Below, piece by piece: positions 53,701 to 62,109 of a stretch of 64,000 nt of DNA. Numbering within the stretch: position 1 is the first letter of the stretch; the number at the start of each line of letters is the position of its first letter. The notes under the pieces were generated by a model that had not been told where the DNA came from, did not search any database, and saw only the letters and a program-made list of their open reading frames with translations. Source of the stretch: Phoronis australis (lineage: Eukaryota > Animalia > Phoronida); the NCBI GenBank assembly GCA_002633005.1, contig NMRA01000087.1:989080-1053079 (forward strand). Direction: 5' to 3'. The position numbers and the translations under genes are program-made.

Positions 53701-55543
53701 GCACTACGAATATAGACTAAATTACATCCAATTCAAAACCATGCAAAACAGATTCTTATCAAGACATTTATAAACCTTTCGAATCATTATTAAAAGCCTT
53801 AAACTAAAAATGCATTTCACTTTTTTCTTTTTACAAAATACCAGAAAGGAACTTAGCTACAACTGAACCTCCATGCCTCTTCTTCAAAAAAGGAGACACA
53901 AAAGCAGCACAAACTATAGATTGTCGTATGGGCCTGACATATATAAATCAATCCATGCAAACAAGTGCTATGAACATATGGGATAGAGCATATCAAATTT
54001 TGCAGCAAAAACAGATCACTGTGAGCTAATCTTGACATGAGTGAAATGGTGAAACTGCACCACGTCACATGATGAAATATACATAATTAAAGACACAATA
54101 ATGTATAATTAAAAAATTTTCAAAATAAAACGGCGGGATATCTGTATATATCAGATCACCCAGAAATATCGTCCTAGCAGAATCTTTTTTATTTTTCATA
54201 CTCATGGACATAGACAAAGAAATAGGAGTAGATAGTTGTATAAGCCCCAAAAATGCAGCAACTCACTTACAAAATGGCATACCGCCATCATCTAGGGCGC
54301 TTTACTTGGAGAAATCAAGACAATGAATCCAAATATGGATGCTTAAAAACAACATTGATGTCGAACTTCATGTACAAGAGTCAAATAAAACATACAGAAA
54401 GTGGATTGTAGACTAGAGTATGTAAAACTGACTGATCGGTACTCAAAGAAAATTGAGTTATGGACTTTTTGAGAGCAAGAATTCTGCAAAAACGTACCTT
54501 CACGAAGACACGAGAACCTTTAAGGAAGACTAGATCGTATAATTTGGGGTTGGGCGGTAAGTCAAGCATGGCCATTAACCAGGACAAATACACTATGTAA
54601 ATATCATCACGTACCTTAAAACACATTTTCATGCAGCACCGAAAGGTGCAACGCAACTTCAAGAAGCAGGACAGTCCCACCAAAAGCAGGAACTATTGCA
54701 CAATGTAATTTACTGAAGTCAGCAAAATAGCATACCCAAAACAAAATCTCATGGGATAAATTTTGCATGTGGACAGTTAGTTCATACTTGTATATATTCA
54801 ACCATTGTATACTACAGTGGCTTCGTGTTGCATGGCTGTACAGTGATTTCGGAACATCTTATCTCAGAAATGACTGATCAAATTCAAATGAACCTTTCAG
54901 ATACCACACGCTTTATTCATGGTTTTCCAACACGCTGTTGAGAATTGCTTTTAGGTTGTTCCACTTTGGCATGAGGGGTTAACAAATATTGGGACTTTTG
55001 GAGTGTTTATAGAAACACTGAAAAGTTGCAAAAAAACAGAAACAAAAGGATAATTTAGAGTCGTAACAGCATTTTTGAGATTCATCTTGAATACTTATAC
55101 AAAATGAATTTTTTTAATATCATTGATACAATTGTATCACTATGAACGTATTTTTTGCTTAAGTTTCACAAAACCACACAGTCACGCTATACAAATCTTG
55201 ACAGACTGGTATAAAGTCAAAAATCAAAAGTCTGCTTTCTGCTTTCATTAAATATTTCCTTTTACAGAATCAAATTCAACAGTTTTGCACTTGATTATCA
55301 ATAAAATCCACCTAACCAGTAGTAACTCACCTTGCAGAAAAGAGGCAACATGTTATACAGCTTGCCCTCCAGCTCCAGTGTGGACGCTGTGCTCGAGGGG
55401 TGGCGGAACTCAGCAAACAGCTTCCGCAGGTGTGTCAGCCCCAGGGACAGGTCAGAGGTACTCTGAGGCAGGTTTGACGAAGTCGAACTCAACGACGACG
55501 ACGATGCCTTGGAGTGACCCATCATCTTTCTGTAGATGTTCAT
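2605..55543 (-). CDS. WDFY3: WD repeat and FYVE domain-containing protein 3 (ALFY / blue cheese orthologue), multi-exon, 3'-incomplete (38 coding exons in window)
   Basis: The spliced translation is colinear with recalled human WDFY3 motifs (LGLTHLRKLF, EIRRRASNQSTEAAS, PSTLVKCLYLFFDLP, ERNQQVMCEAGL, VPLTRVKCLVSMTTP, LLNSHILHLTFSLVGTVDSG, HPAKKFVMDF). All junctions are GT-AG and exon phases match end to end. Confidence 0.97.
3419..3543 (-). other. Candidate alternative exon with internal ATG (3478) in frame with exon 38
   Basis: Acceptor TTGCTTGTAG, donor AAG|GTGATA; ATG with A at -3 gives MSIKDLLSQGIQLIDEFHDK, ending in phase 0. Confidence 0.4.
4030..5340 (-). mobile_element. Non-autonomous Helentron/DINE-1-type (HINE) element with internal tandem array
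   Basis: Plus-strand ends AACAAGAG...GCATAAAAAT; subterminal IR (ATGCGCCCAC vs GTGGTGCAT); palindrome ATGCGTCCACATAT...ATATGTGGTGCAT; (GGAC)n microsatellite ~5225-5290; ~145-bp internal subrepeats; same termini recur at 46084-46581. Confidence 0.85.
8531..8708 (-). CDS. WDFY3: WDFY3 coding exon 37 (DARFLDASLSQTTWHV...HKKP)
   Basis: 178 nt, TTWH and RVWEEL motifs. Confidence 0.93.
9164..9395 (-). CDS. WDFY3: WDFY3 coding exon 36 (SSGLSLDSIY...DLET)
   Basis: 232 nt, contains LNRTILY and GPGNYDQEFIGCL. Confidence 0.95.
9447..9501. repeat. 27-bp perfect tandem duplication
   Basis: CTTAATTCAGTGATTTTAGCAAAAAAT x2. Confidence 0.9.
9839..9910 (-). CDS. WDFY3: WDFY3 coding exon 35 (GTYVRDSME...QAKRK)
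   Basis: 72 nt, QLIAQAKR. Confidence 0.93.
10153..10354 (-). CDS. WDFY3: WDFY3 coding exon 34 (VSPEHATT...VVDKLWQ)
   Basis: 202 nt, contains MDHLLAADALLGE. Confidence 0.96.
10881..11002 (-). CDS. WDFY3: WDFY3 coding exon 33 (GNLSDHPAKKFVMDF...MLLE)
   Basis: 122 nt. Confidence 0.95.
11561..11627 (-). CDS. WDFY3: WDFY3 coding exon 32 (ALSDSEPLLVVHKLESSWM[GKT]); two possible in-frame donors (exon end 11570 or 11561)
   Basis: Needed to bridge phase 0 to phase 1; acceptor TTTGGCAG, donors G|GTAAGA and CAG|GTAAAT. Confidence 0.85.
12020..12062 (-). mobile_element. tRNA-like 3' half (SINE/pseudo-tRNA fragment)
   Basis: Minus strand GGTCCCGGGTTCGAACCCCTGG followed by a T-run; no A-box found. Confidence 0.45.
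12317..12526 (-). CDS. WDFY3: WDFY3 coding exon 31 (PWQTESEGSWLREYP...DEVK)
   Basis: 210 nt. Confidence 0.95.
13045..13185 (-). CDS. WDFY3: WDFY3 coding exon 30 (FDLDSVWTFIFGVPAS...MLNQ)
   Basis: 141 nt. Confidence 0.95.
13461..13648 (-). CDS. WDFY3: WDFY3 coding exon 29 (DTIKSESS...PKDVQ)
   Basis: 188 nt, contains REINEEVCHLPGF and VPELYFFLMAL. Confidence 0.92.
13977..14194 (-). CDS. WDFY3: WDFY3 coding exon 28 (ISEEIQRVLGFDW...GILL)
   Basis: 218 nt, contains GWLEQTD. Confidence 0.95.
14411..14522 (-). CDS. WDFY3: WDFY3 coding exon 27 (GDAVSDLQV...TVNQ)
   Basis: 112 nt, contains IRNICLDILLKLLY. Confidence 0.92.
14935..15026 (-). CDS. WDFY3: WDFY3 coding exon 26 (FGQFIVSTLPT...VLET)
   Basis: 92 nt, matches human FGQFISSTLPT. 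Confidence 0.93.
15419..15654 (-). CDS. WDFY3: WDFY3 coding exon 25 (VWHDAPGD...DSLL)
   Basis: 236 nt, contains EHFHELLTESSE. Confidence 0.95.
16100..16252 (-). CDS. WDFY3: WDFY3 coding exon 24 (SLGMLYKKK...LCDLE)
   Basis: 153 nt, contains LLNSHILHLTFSLVGT. Confidence 0.96.
16592..16894 (-). CDS. WDFY3: WDFY3 coding exon 23 (LSMSLHENATP...RGYQ)
   Basis: 303 nt, contains DVEGLYAAVKALVCVV. Confidence 0.96.
18444..18583 (-). CDS. WDFY3: WDFY3 coding exon 22 (EDGKVSEPL...AIARQ)
   Basis: 140 nt, contains YNKLDSKAIA. Confidence 0.95.
18924..19152 (-). CDS. WDFY3: WDFY3 coding exon 21 (LHYISPN...FQAPLL)
   Basis: 229 nt, contains LGPNYVGSFQA. Confidence 0.95.
19510..19694 (-). CDS. WDFY3: WDFY3 coding exon 20 (GGTVEAVEY...VQTLK)
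   Basis: 185 nt, contains EGQWHHLVVV and LYVDG. Confidence 0.93.
20508..20732 (-). CDS. WDFY3: WDFY3 coding exon 19 (GERLFPPQSGL...IPNT)
   Basis: 225 nt, AG/GT flanks. Confidence 0.93.
21493..21872 (-). CDS. WDFY3: WDFY3 coding exon 18 (DFLRLNTPL...GGIGT)
   Basis: 380 nt, contains VPLTRVKCLVSMTTP. Confidence 0.95.
22094..22308 (-). CDS. WDFY3: WDFY3 coding exon 17 (MELDLQY...SKDL)
   Basis: 215 nt, contains TERNQQVMCEAGL. Confidence 0.95.
22649..22874 (-). CDS. WDFY3: WDFY3 coding exon 16 (KFSKHGTDSP...QRNSQ)
   Basis: 226 nt, phase 2 to 0, IVVHSGA matches human IIHPGA. Confidence 0.88.
22959..23503. mobile_element. PIF/Harbinger (Tourist-like) MITE, 545 bp
   Basis: ~40-bp TIRs (GGGCTGTTCCAGCAAAATCTGTGTGGGAGGGG... 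/ ...CCCTCCCATACAGATTTTACTGGAACAGCCC) flanked by 3-bp TTA duplication. Confidence 0.88.
23942..24030 (+). mobile_element. tRNA-derived SINE head / pseudo-tRNA
   Basis: A-box TGGCTCAGTGG, B-box GGTTCGAGCCC, downstream TTTTT; no intact cloverleaf. Confidence 0.6.
24233..24462 (-). CDS. WDFY3: WDFY3 coding exon 15 (VHYASLTDAVRLLGCFS...DNYD)
   Basis: 230 nt, AG/GT flanks. Confidence 0.93.
24805..24905 (-). CDS. WDFY3: WDFY3 coding exon 14 (VDRRHIV...FFATD)
   Basis: 101 nt, contains AMRYEPANA. Confidence 0.95.
25597..25735 (-). CDS. WDFY3: WDFY3 coding exon 13 (ALLNILRESHK...PWDT)
   Basis: 139 nt, contains RTVFRKTGGFVY. Confidence 0.95.
26687..26880 (-). CDS. WDFY3: WDFY3 coding exon 12 (VFRECGGARCA...QILK)
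   Basis: 194 nt, contains DDMGTLLGLMHSAP. Confidence 0.95.
27334..27426 (-). CDS. WDFY3: WDFY3 coding exon 11 (EKTPISEEQQ...NSNNA)
   Basis: 93 nt, phase 1 to 1, LVMEALSILLSGN. Confidence 0.9.
27987..28147 (-). CDS. WDFY3: WDFY3 coding exon 10 (SIACTSIC...ADGK)
   Basis: 161 nt, contains FKDVCREVGLLEV. Confidence 0.93.
28824..28921 (-). CDS. WDFY3: WDFY3 coding exon 9 (VKFFEILEF...IKMQ)
   Basis: 98 nt, contains IPCKELIS. Confidence 0.95.
29123..29269 (-). CDS. WDFY3: WDFY3 coding exon 8 (AQSTHLC...PPEIQ)
   Basis: 147 nt, contains DNANYFILE. Confidence 0.95.
29823..29878 (-). CDS. WDFY3: WDFY3 coding exon 7 (GISVRNLQAFQVLQSVFMK)
   Basis: 56 nt, matches human SVRNVQAFAVLQNAFLK. Confidence 0.93.
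33199..33365 (-). CDS. WDFY3: WDFY3 coding exon 6 (LETDLQDD...PAGK)
   Basis: 167 nt, AG/GT flanks, phase-consistent. Confidence 0.93.
33868..34054 (-). CDS. WDFY3: WDFY3 coding exon 5 (KGCVSLC...SEFLL)
   Basis: 187 nt, contains CFLKDSSEVSQVLLDDFR. Confidence 0.95.
34891..35146 (-). mobile_element. Decayed tRNA-derived SINE
   Basis: Resembles recalled marine-invertebrate SINE2 consensus segments (CCGGTTTCTGT..CATGA, CCATCGCAGG, TGCCTTG..CAAGGA.ACAAC) with a degenerate tRNA head at the right end. Confidence 0.6.
36125..36473. mobile_element. Degenerate fold-back (palindromic) MITE-like element
   Basis: Nested inverted matches: CTATAAACCCG/CGGGTTTATAG at the ends, TGGTCTTAACTTGT/ACAAGATGAGACCA and AAGAACTGACA/TGTCAGTTCTT internally. 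Confidence 0.65.
36506..36698 (-). CDS. WDFY3: WDFY3 coding exon 4 (VLIKLCSY...VVQYIH)
   Basis: 193 nt, contains LLFSAITSWCP. Confidence 0.95.
37307..37590 (-). CDS. WDFY3: WDFY3 coding exon 3 (EAASCAIAHFL...QKMFVQ)
   Basis: 284 nt, AG/GT flanks, phase 1 to 0. Confidence 0.95.
38767..39359. repeat. Minisatellite, ~67-bp unit, ~9 copies
   Basis: Unit TAGGGTTACACCCATTACATCTAGTTAAACCCAACCTAAGTACCCCCAGCTCATAACCGAGTGCACC. Confidence 0.95.
40673..41093 (+). mobile_element. 421-bp TTAA-flanked MITE, copy A
   Basis: Imperfect TIRs GTCCCGTTTAGAC / GTGTAAACGGCAC, TTAA on both sides, repeated subterminal CCGTGTCAG motifs; closely similar inverted copy at 50878-51298. Confidence 0.88.
46084..46581 (-). 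mobile_element. Second, shorter member of the same HINE family
   Basis: Same termini as 4030-5340; hairpin CAACGC-AGA-GCGTTG at 46092-46106; subTIR ATGCGCCCACA/TGTGGGCGCAT; (GGAC)n tract; different interior. Confidence 0.85.
46649..46720. repeat. 29-bp direct repeat, 43-bp period
   Basis: ACGGGAACCTTTGTCAATATAATATCTTA x2. Confidence 0.9.
50606..50729 (-). CDS. WDFY3: WDFY3 coding exon 2 (VFGNSPSSEMTEKF...RRASNQST)
   Basis: 124 nt, AG/GT flanks, matches human VFGNAPPNTMTEKF...RRASNKST; absent from ORF track. Confidence 0.95.
50878..51298 (-). mobile_element. 421-bp TTAA-flanked MITE, copy B (inverted relative to copy A)
   Basis: Reverse complement of 40673-41093 (shared spurious ORF KSRLDINFWPG...AGETGLHMRRF); TTAA on both sides. 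Confidence 0.88.
51433..51744. repeat. Minisatellite, 44-bp unit, ~7 copies
   Basis: Unit AATGCTTTCTCCGTGTATGTTGTATACCTCAGCACACATCACAG; accounts for the three repetitive ORFs. Confidence 0.95.
55331..55543 (-). CDS. WDFY3: WDFY3 coding exon 1 (MNIYRKMMG...LPLFCK)
   Basis: ATG at 55543, acceptor AG just upstream (exon starts 55553), donor AAG|GTGAGT; 213 nt, phase 0. Confidence 0.93.
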
Positions 55544-57731
55544 CTTGTGGTCTCTACATAATAAGAGAGGCTAAATAAACAGTTGACAGGAGATGTATAC
55601 ATGGCAGCCTAATCAGAGCTAATTCAGCTGTCAGTCATTACTAAGATGGCGATAATGGTGAAACCACAAGCAAAAGCTGAAAAAAAATTTCATGGTTTGT
55701 CAGCTGCCGTCCCATCACAACCCCAACAGGTCCCGCTTTCTGATGCATTGCAAAACCGATTTATTATCTCATATTATTGTAGTTTTCCATGCGACCTAAG
55801 AAACGCCGTCAGGCAATTTTGAGGCATTACAGTTTCTGGTCACCAATAATTTCTGTTTTCATGCAACCTTCAACAAGTCATCTGAAGAATTGTTGCAAAG
55901 AGTCCACGGTTTCGTCAACCATCTTGAATATTCAATTAGGTACAGTAAACACACCAATTGATGTGGGCTTCCCATATCAGTGGATGGAGAAAAACATCAG
56001 ATGTTAAAACCAACATTTTTAGAAAAATATCCATTACATTGTCAAAAAGTTGCAGTATTGTCATTCCCAAGGTATTCAGGATTGTCATAAACTCAGTTTC
56101 ATTTCTGAAAACTGCACACTCTCAATTTTGGAGCACACATAAAAATGCCAATGATGTCAGCCAATATCAGGTAAATTTTCAGTAAGTCCCTATCAATTTC
56201 TATGTTTTTAGTTAGCTCACAAGCTTTTAAATTATTACAATTTAAGTCTTCACACTGTTACTATTACCATCACCGATGACCCCGGCATAAGCAGATTGTA
56301 TACCCTAACTTCCATAAATGATGTGAAAGTTTCGGAGCCCAAACAATCTTGCAGTAGTCACGTACTCATGGCATAAATTCATCATCAAGCACTGTTTTTG
56401 TCATTTACTTGCTATTTTAAGAGAAATCGTTATTCGTAAAGTAAGAATCAGCTCATTTACTTTAGTTTGTCACCATACACACGATCAACTTGAAGCCGCG
56501 GACTTGAGTATCGGGTAAAATAACCAGTGATTTATGGTAAGCCAGCAAGTATTGAGTTTTTGTGTTGTATCGCTAGGTTTCTGGTTGTGTCGTGTTATGG
56601 CCTTTCTAAATCGCTTGCCAACAGACAATTACCTTCTAGCCGAAACAGTTTGGATGCTAGACACTGGTTTAGGAAGTTGCGGTAATTACCAGATGAACGA
56701 CGAAAAAGTAAAGATGACTTTCACAACATTGACGCTCGACTGAAACGAAACCCATGTGCAAATCTATGATGCATGCAAGATTTTCAAGTGGCACGTAAAG
56801 GATGCCGGACCAGGTGGAAGTGGATCCAGAGCACAGGGAGAACATTGTGGACCGTGAATTCCAGAACACAGTAAGTGTAACTGAGGACAAATTCCAGGAG
56901 GCTAGGCGAGTGGTAGAGATCTGAAGCCGGGAGTGTAGTGGAAATTACTTACTCCAAGTTTACCAACCAGTATCTCTTGCTTCAATGTTAGGAGTCCTAA
57001 CCAGTCGACCAAAGAGCAACTGTCTGTAAGCGAGTGATTAAGGGAGGCCTTTATATTTCTTTTTTCTTACTGCAGATTCACCACAGGAGGCAACCCTGTT
57101 ACACAGAAGGGAGGGTATGCATCATGTGACATCAGGTTTTGTCCTGCTAAAGGCCTTCCTAAATCCCTTGGCAATGGATAACTACCTTTTAACCAAATAA
57201 GACACTATCTAGACTCTTGTTCAAGGGGTCGCTGGTTTGATTCCAGATGAGTAAAGTACACTGTTCTTAGAAATAGAATAAAATATAATGTACCCTGATT
57301 TAGAGAACCAGGCAATCACTGAATAATGGGTCTTTTACTCAATTGATGAAATTGATTCTCTAAATCAGGGTCCACTAACCGACCTGTGGCAGAAAAAGTA
57401 CAGAGACTACAATACGACTATGTCTATGAGCGTGAAACTGAGTCGGACAATTTTCACAAGTTTGGCGACATCCCGCAAGTTTCGGAGGAATATCACCCTG
57501 TATTACAAACGGAACAAGTGACCACTATACCCATCACTCGTCAGTGACAAGCGTCAATGAACGTGTAAACGTGCCCGTGATTAAACTGAAGACGAAGTGA
57601 AGAACTTGTGGACTGGACCCAGGTGAGTGTGACGGAATGTTTTTGCAACGTCAAATCAACCTCTGTTTCCATGTTGAGAACAATCACTACGACACAATAA
57701 AGCAAACTCAACTAGCGTAAAAAGTGGTTAC

Positions 57732-57840
57732 CTTTGATTCACTGCAGCATGCGCATCATAAATTCACTCGGCGCAGAGGTTGCACTTATTTTTTTCCTAA
57801 AATGAGATTTTCGTGAGTGGTCAATCCGCCATCATAATAA
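57732..57840 (-). promoter_or_regulatory. Probable non-coding first exon / TSS region of WDFY3
   Basis: Donor AAG|GTAACC at 57731, YY1-like ATGGCGG at ~57826-57832, locally CpG-rich; coding exon 1 has an acceptor so an upstream exon is expected. 5' boundary approximate. Confidence 0.6.
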
Positions 57841-58386
57841 ATTTGGGGTGTGTATAAGTTGTTTAATAGGCAAGAGTTTATTTAAAATAAAATGCTTTTA
57901 TAAGTAAAGAAATTAGTCAGAAGCGCAAAACAACGAAAAATTCGTCATAAAAATATTTTTAAAAGATGAATTCTGTAAAATAATATCATTTATCTATACT
58001 TTTATATATTAAAAACCCAAGATATTTTTCACTGTAATGAAAATTAGTTTGCGTCCTTACCGCGCAAGGCGCTAGCTGTCAAGAACAACAAACTAGTGTT
58101 CTCAAATCAACTCGATCGAGATGGCTGGGAGCGGGCGCTGCACTGGCTATATGGGGTCACTTTTAACGACAAATTATGTTGGAAACCTCTCTTTTAAATC
58201 TAAATACACTGGTAATCGGGTATGAATCCGCACCAAAATGAACTGAGACTCAGAACTTATCCTAGAGTGGCCCAACACCCACGACGTGGGCGGAGCCCGG
58301 GAGAAGGAAACCGGGTTTTCTTTCAAAAAATATGCTAAAGTAGATAATTAAAACTATGGCGTTCAAAAGATGCAAACTAAAAGTCT

Positions 58387-58492
58387 TTGTGTGTGTGTGT
58401 GTGCGTGCGTGCGCGTGCGTGTGTGCGTGCCGGTGTGTGCGTGTGTGGGTCAGTGTGGGTGTGGGTGTCAGTGGCCGTGTGCGTGCGTGTGC
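58387..58492. repeat. Compound (GT)n/(GTGC)n microsatellite
   Basis: Mostly alternating purine-pyrimidine tract read directly. Confidence 0.9.
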
Positions 58493-61400
58493 ATATATAG
58501 GGGCTCTATGCAAAATATTGTAATTGTACCAATGTTTAAGAACAGTGTACTTTGAATGCAGACTGAAAATCGCAGTTCCGGTGCATGCTGGGAACAGCAC
58601 GCCGCATTCTTTACAGCTATTTCCCCGATGAATACTATTCGATCCTTTCTAATGCACGGTCACCAAAGTTGCGTAAGCGTACTCAAGCCGTACCACTAAT
58701 TTACCGGTAAGAGCAAGAAGCATAACTGGTTCTGATCTGAGGCCGAATGAATTCGGCGAAATTTGCGCCTCACTACGGTTGTTTGAATGCAAAAGCCCCC
58801 ACGACGCCCGCAAATCTTTTGGCGACTATTTTTTGTGTTTTTTCAAAGGCTACGTTCTCATATAGTGTTACCTTTCCATCACCTTAACGTTATGTAGGAG
58901 CTTACTGACAAGTATGTGCGTTTAGCCAATTCATAGAAAAAAACTATAGATTTAAACTTAGTAAAAGTAAATGTTTTCTAAAAGTAGAAAGGCTGTAAAT
59001 TTTGATTATTAACTTTATATCAATCTGCAATTAATTGGGTCACGTGACCATGTCTTTTTGTAAACCTAAGCAAAAAAGGTACTTTCAAAAACATATAAGT
59101 GTTCACGTTGCAATCTCAAAAACGCTGTTACAATTGAGCTACGGTCAGGTAACTGCTGATGCTTTATGTACCAGCCTATATCGTGTAACCTGTTGCCTGA
59201 GCAACACAATGGGGCTACATGAGTTGTGCAGCACCATCGTAAAACAGACGGTGCTGATCTGAGTGATCAACGCCCTGCAAAGAATGCACTGAAATTTGAA
59301 CAGAGGGAACGTGTTATGAAGACTATTTCACAACTTCACCTCATTTTAGAAAAAAAATACACCACTAAAATTATACCGCTTTACTGCTTCCGTTCTAAAA
59401 ACAAAATACCGCATTCGTTTAAAAAATACCAGAACCTGATATGTTTTGGTATAAGATACTGAAAAAAGTATCGTTTTTTTATGTGGCTTAGACACTGAAT
59501 TTCGTGTATATGAATATTTTTTCGTATTCAGGGTTGTTGGAAGCGGGGAAAGACAAGAGAAGATTAAATGAAGATTGTACAAGAGAGAACAGTTAGAGAA
59601 CATAAAATGTGAGATTGTGTAAAAACAATAGCATTGGCCCCCATCGAAAGGAAGGTTTGAATAGAACTTGAAAATAACTAGTTGTGAAGTGCACACGGAC
59701 AGCATTAATATCACGTGGTAGTTGGCCTTCGTTATAACACGTTTGATTGAACAGGAATGTGTAGCCGAATCGTCCACATTTTATTAGTCTCCCCTCCTAC
59801 GTAGAAGCGATCTGAGGTTTGGATCAGTACTACACATAGTTGTTCGATGTTCATTGTGAGCCATGGAATATTCTCGATGGTTTTATAGCGATGAAATATT
59901 CATGCTCTACTCCCTAAGAACTCCAATAATAGAATTCCTTTTGAAGATTGTTATTCGGGGAGCATTGTTGATGAAGAAAGAATTGTTAATAGGAGACATG
60001 CCGACTCCTGGGGGATATGATTTTTTAAGACCGTGTAGAGTGTAAAGACACTCTAAGTACTTGTACTGCGATCTTTGGATTGCACATTTAAATAGTAAAC
60101 CGAAACAGAATACCAATATAATAAACCGGAATTCCCCTGTTATGTTCATTCTCCCATGCTCAAGTTACTGATCTGTACGCATGCCTTTGGAAATTGTGTC
60201 CAAGTTCCAAACAATGATTTCAAAAAATCTTGCAACTTGAAAATCTGCAGTTAGACAAAAGACGCTCAGTGTCTGCCTTTTGATTTTTAACGTAAGAAAT
60301 CGACGATCGGGTTCAGTGAACTTAGATGCACCCTGAACTTAAGATAATCTCCATCACCCGAATTCCAAATAGCGACGTGTAGCCAATGATTTTCCCAGAC
60401 TGAGATAATCCTCCTTTAAGTTGCCCCCTACCCCCACTCCTCACCACCAGGGTAGCAGCCACCAGAAACTCGGATGGATGTGATTTACAAGGAATCTTCT
60501 ACCACCCTTTAATGTTCTCTCTTCTGCCTCTTCTACATACTTCGTTGTGTCGTGTCTTGTCCTGTCTTATAGCGCTTCTAACAAACAGCCTGGATATGAA
60601 TAAGATGTAAGTCGTTGATGTAGACAAAATTGCCCAGGCCAGTTAGAAAATCAACCGGTACTTTTGACATCGGTATCTTATATCAAAACAAAACAGGTTC
60701 TGGTCCTTCTTTAGACGGACGCGCTGATGCGGTACGTCGTTTTTTAGAATTGAAGATGTCACGCGACATCTTTTCTAAAATGAGACGAAGCGGTGATGTT
60801 ACGTTTAATGACGGGTTTCTCTATTCAAATTTCAGTGCATTCTTTGGGTGTTCTAAGAACGGTCAGACCAGCAGTCTATTTTACGACTGTGTGCACAACT
60901 CAAGTTGCCCCATTGTGTTGTACAATGCGAGTGTGCCAGGGACACCCACGAATCCCACTCTCTCTAACCGTACCTTCAAAACATGACTAATAATGTGACC
61001 TTTCTCCGAATTGGTCCTGATAAAGTAAATCTTCGACCTCTCGTGGCTGCCTTCTCGGGCCGGGTTTTTGCCCCCAAATCACCCATGTCTCCATTTTTCC
61101 CGAATCAAGTTCGGTGCACATATCTTTACGGGAAGTGGGTTTGTTTTAATGACTCTTGGAGTGCAAAAACAGTATTCTGAAAAAGGGGTGCTATTTAGAC
61201 CGTAGGCCCGTGGGTCTCAATAGGCTTATATACGGTATACGTGGACTAAGGGTAATTACATGTCGATTTACTTTGACATTGCAATGACGTGTCGCAGGAA
61301 GAGTGAGACTAATCATTTGAAGTTTGACGGTCAAAGCCGCCTTCCGTCGAAGAAACTTTTTTTTTATTTAGACCACTTACCGCGGTAAAAATGAAAAGTG

Positions 61401-62094
61401 ATTTTCAGGCTTGCAAAGAAATAACACTTCGTTATTGTGTGAGACTATGCTCGGCGAATAATATGACACGTCATGGCAAGTGAACTGGTGAAGCTTGGTC
61501 TCAGTAACAAGAAATGTCGATTATTTCCCAGCCCAGAAATCACGTCGATTTTGACTAAGGAACAAATTCTAAATCAAAAGTTTGTGAGACGGAAGGAGAT
61601 TTGTAGTCACTTAAAAGGATACCATAACCTGTTTTGACCAAGTAACGGACATTGAAACTGACTTTCCCATACAGTTCTCTGAAAAAATATATTGCTTTGT
61701 AACCCTCGAAAACCTTCACAAGTTAGGAGCAAAATTTGAAAACGGCTTTCAATATCTGCTAAACGGGAAAGCGTTACCTACGTTTTAGGCGAGTTCCACG
61801 AGAACTGTGTGAAAGATCGCTCACCAGGAACCATTGTGTCCAACCTGAGACATGGAGAGTACATGTTTTAATTGAATCCCGCTTTAATCACTCAGGTGGG
61901 ACCCCAATGATGCATTAGCAGATGACAGAACGGCGACTGGTTGAAATCTCCAAAACAGGGTTTGTTTTTACTTTTCAGTGGCGATAGGGGAAATCCGGAA
62001 ATTTGTTACGAGTAGAGGCGGAAGTTGTGGAAAGCGTTGGTGACACCAAAGTAAAAAGAGGATTGTTTTGCTATCTGGGCCCGAAGTGGAAGTG

Positions 62095-62109
62095 ATGGCG
62101 GCATATGGG
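62095..62109 (+). CDS. Candidate first coding exon of an unidentified divergent gene (MAAYG)
   Basis: ATG GCG GCA TAT GGG followed by perfect donor GTAAGT; upstream GGAAGT (ETS-type) motifs and CpG-rich context. Confidence 0.5.
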
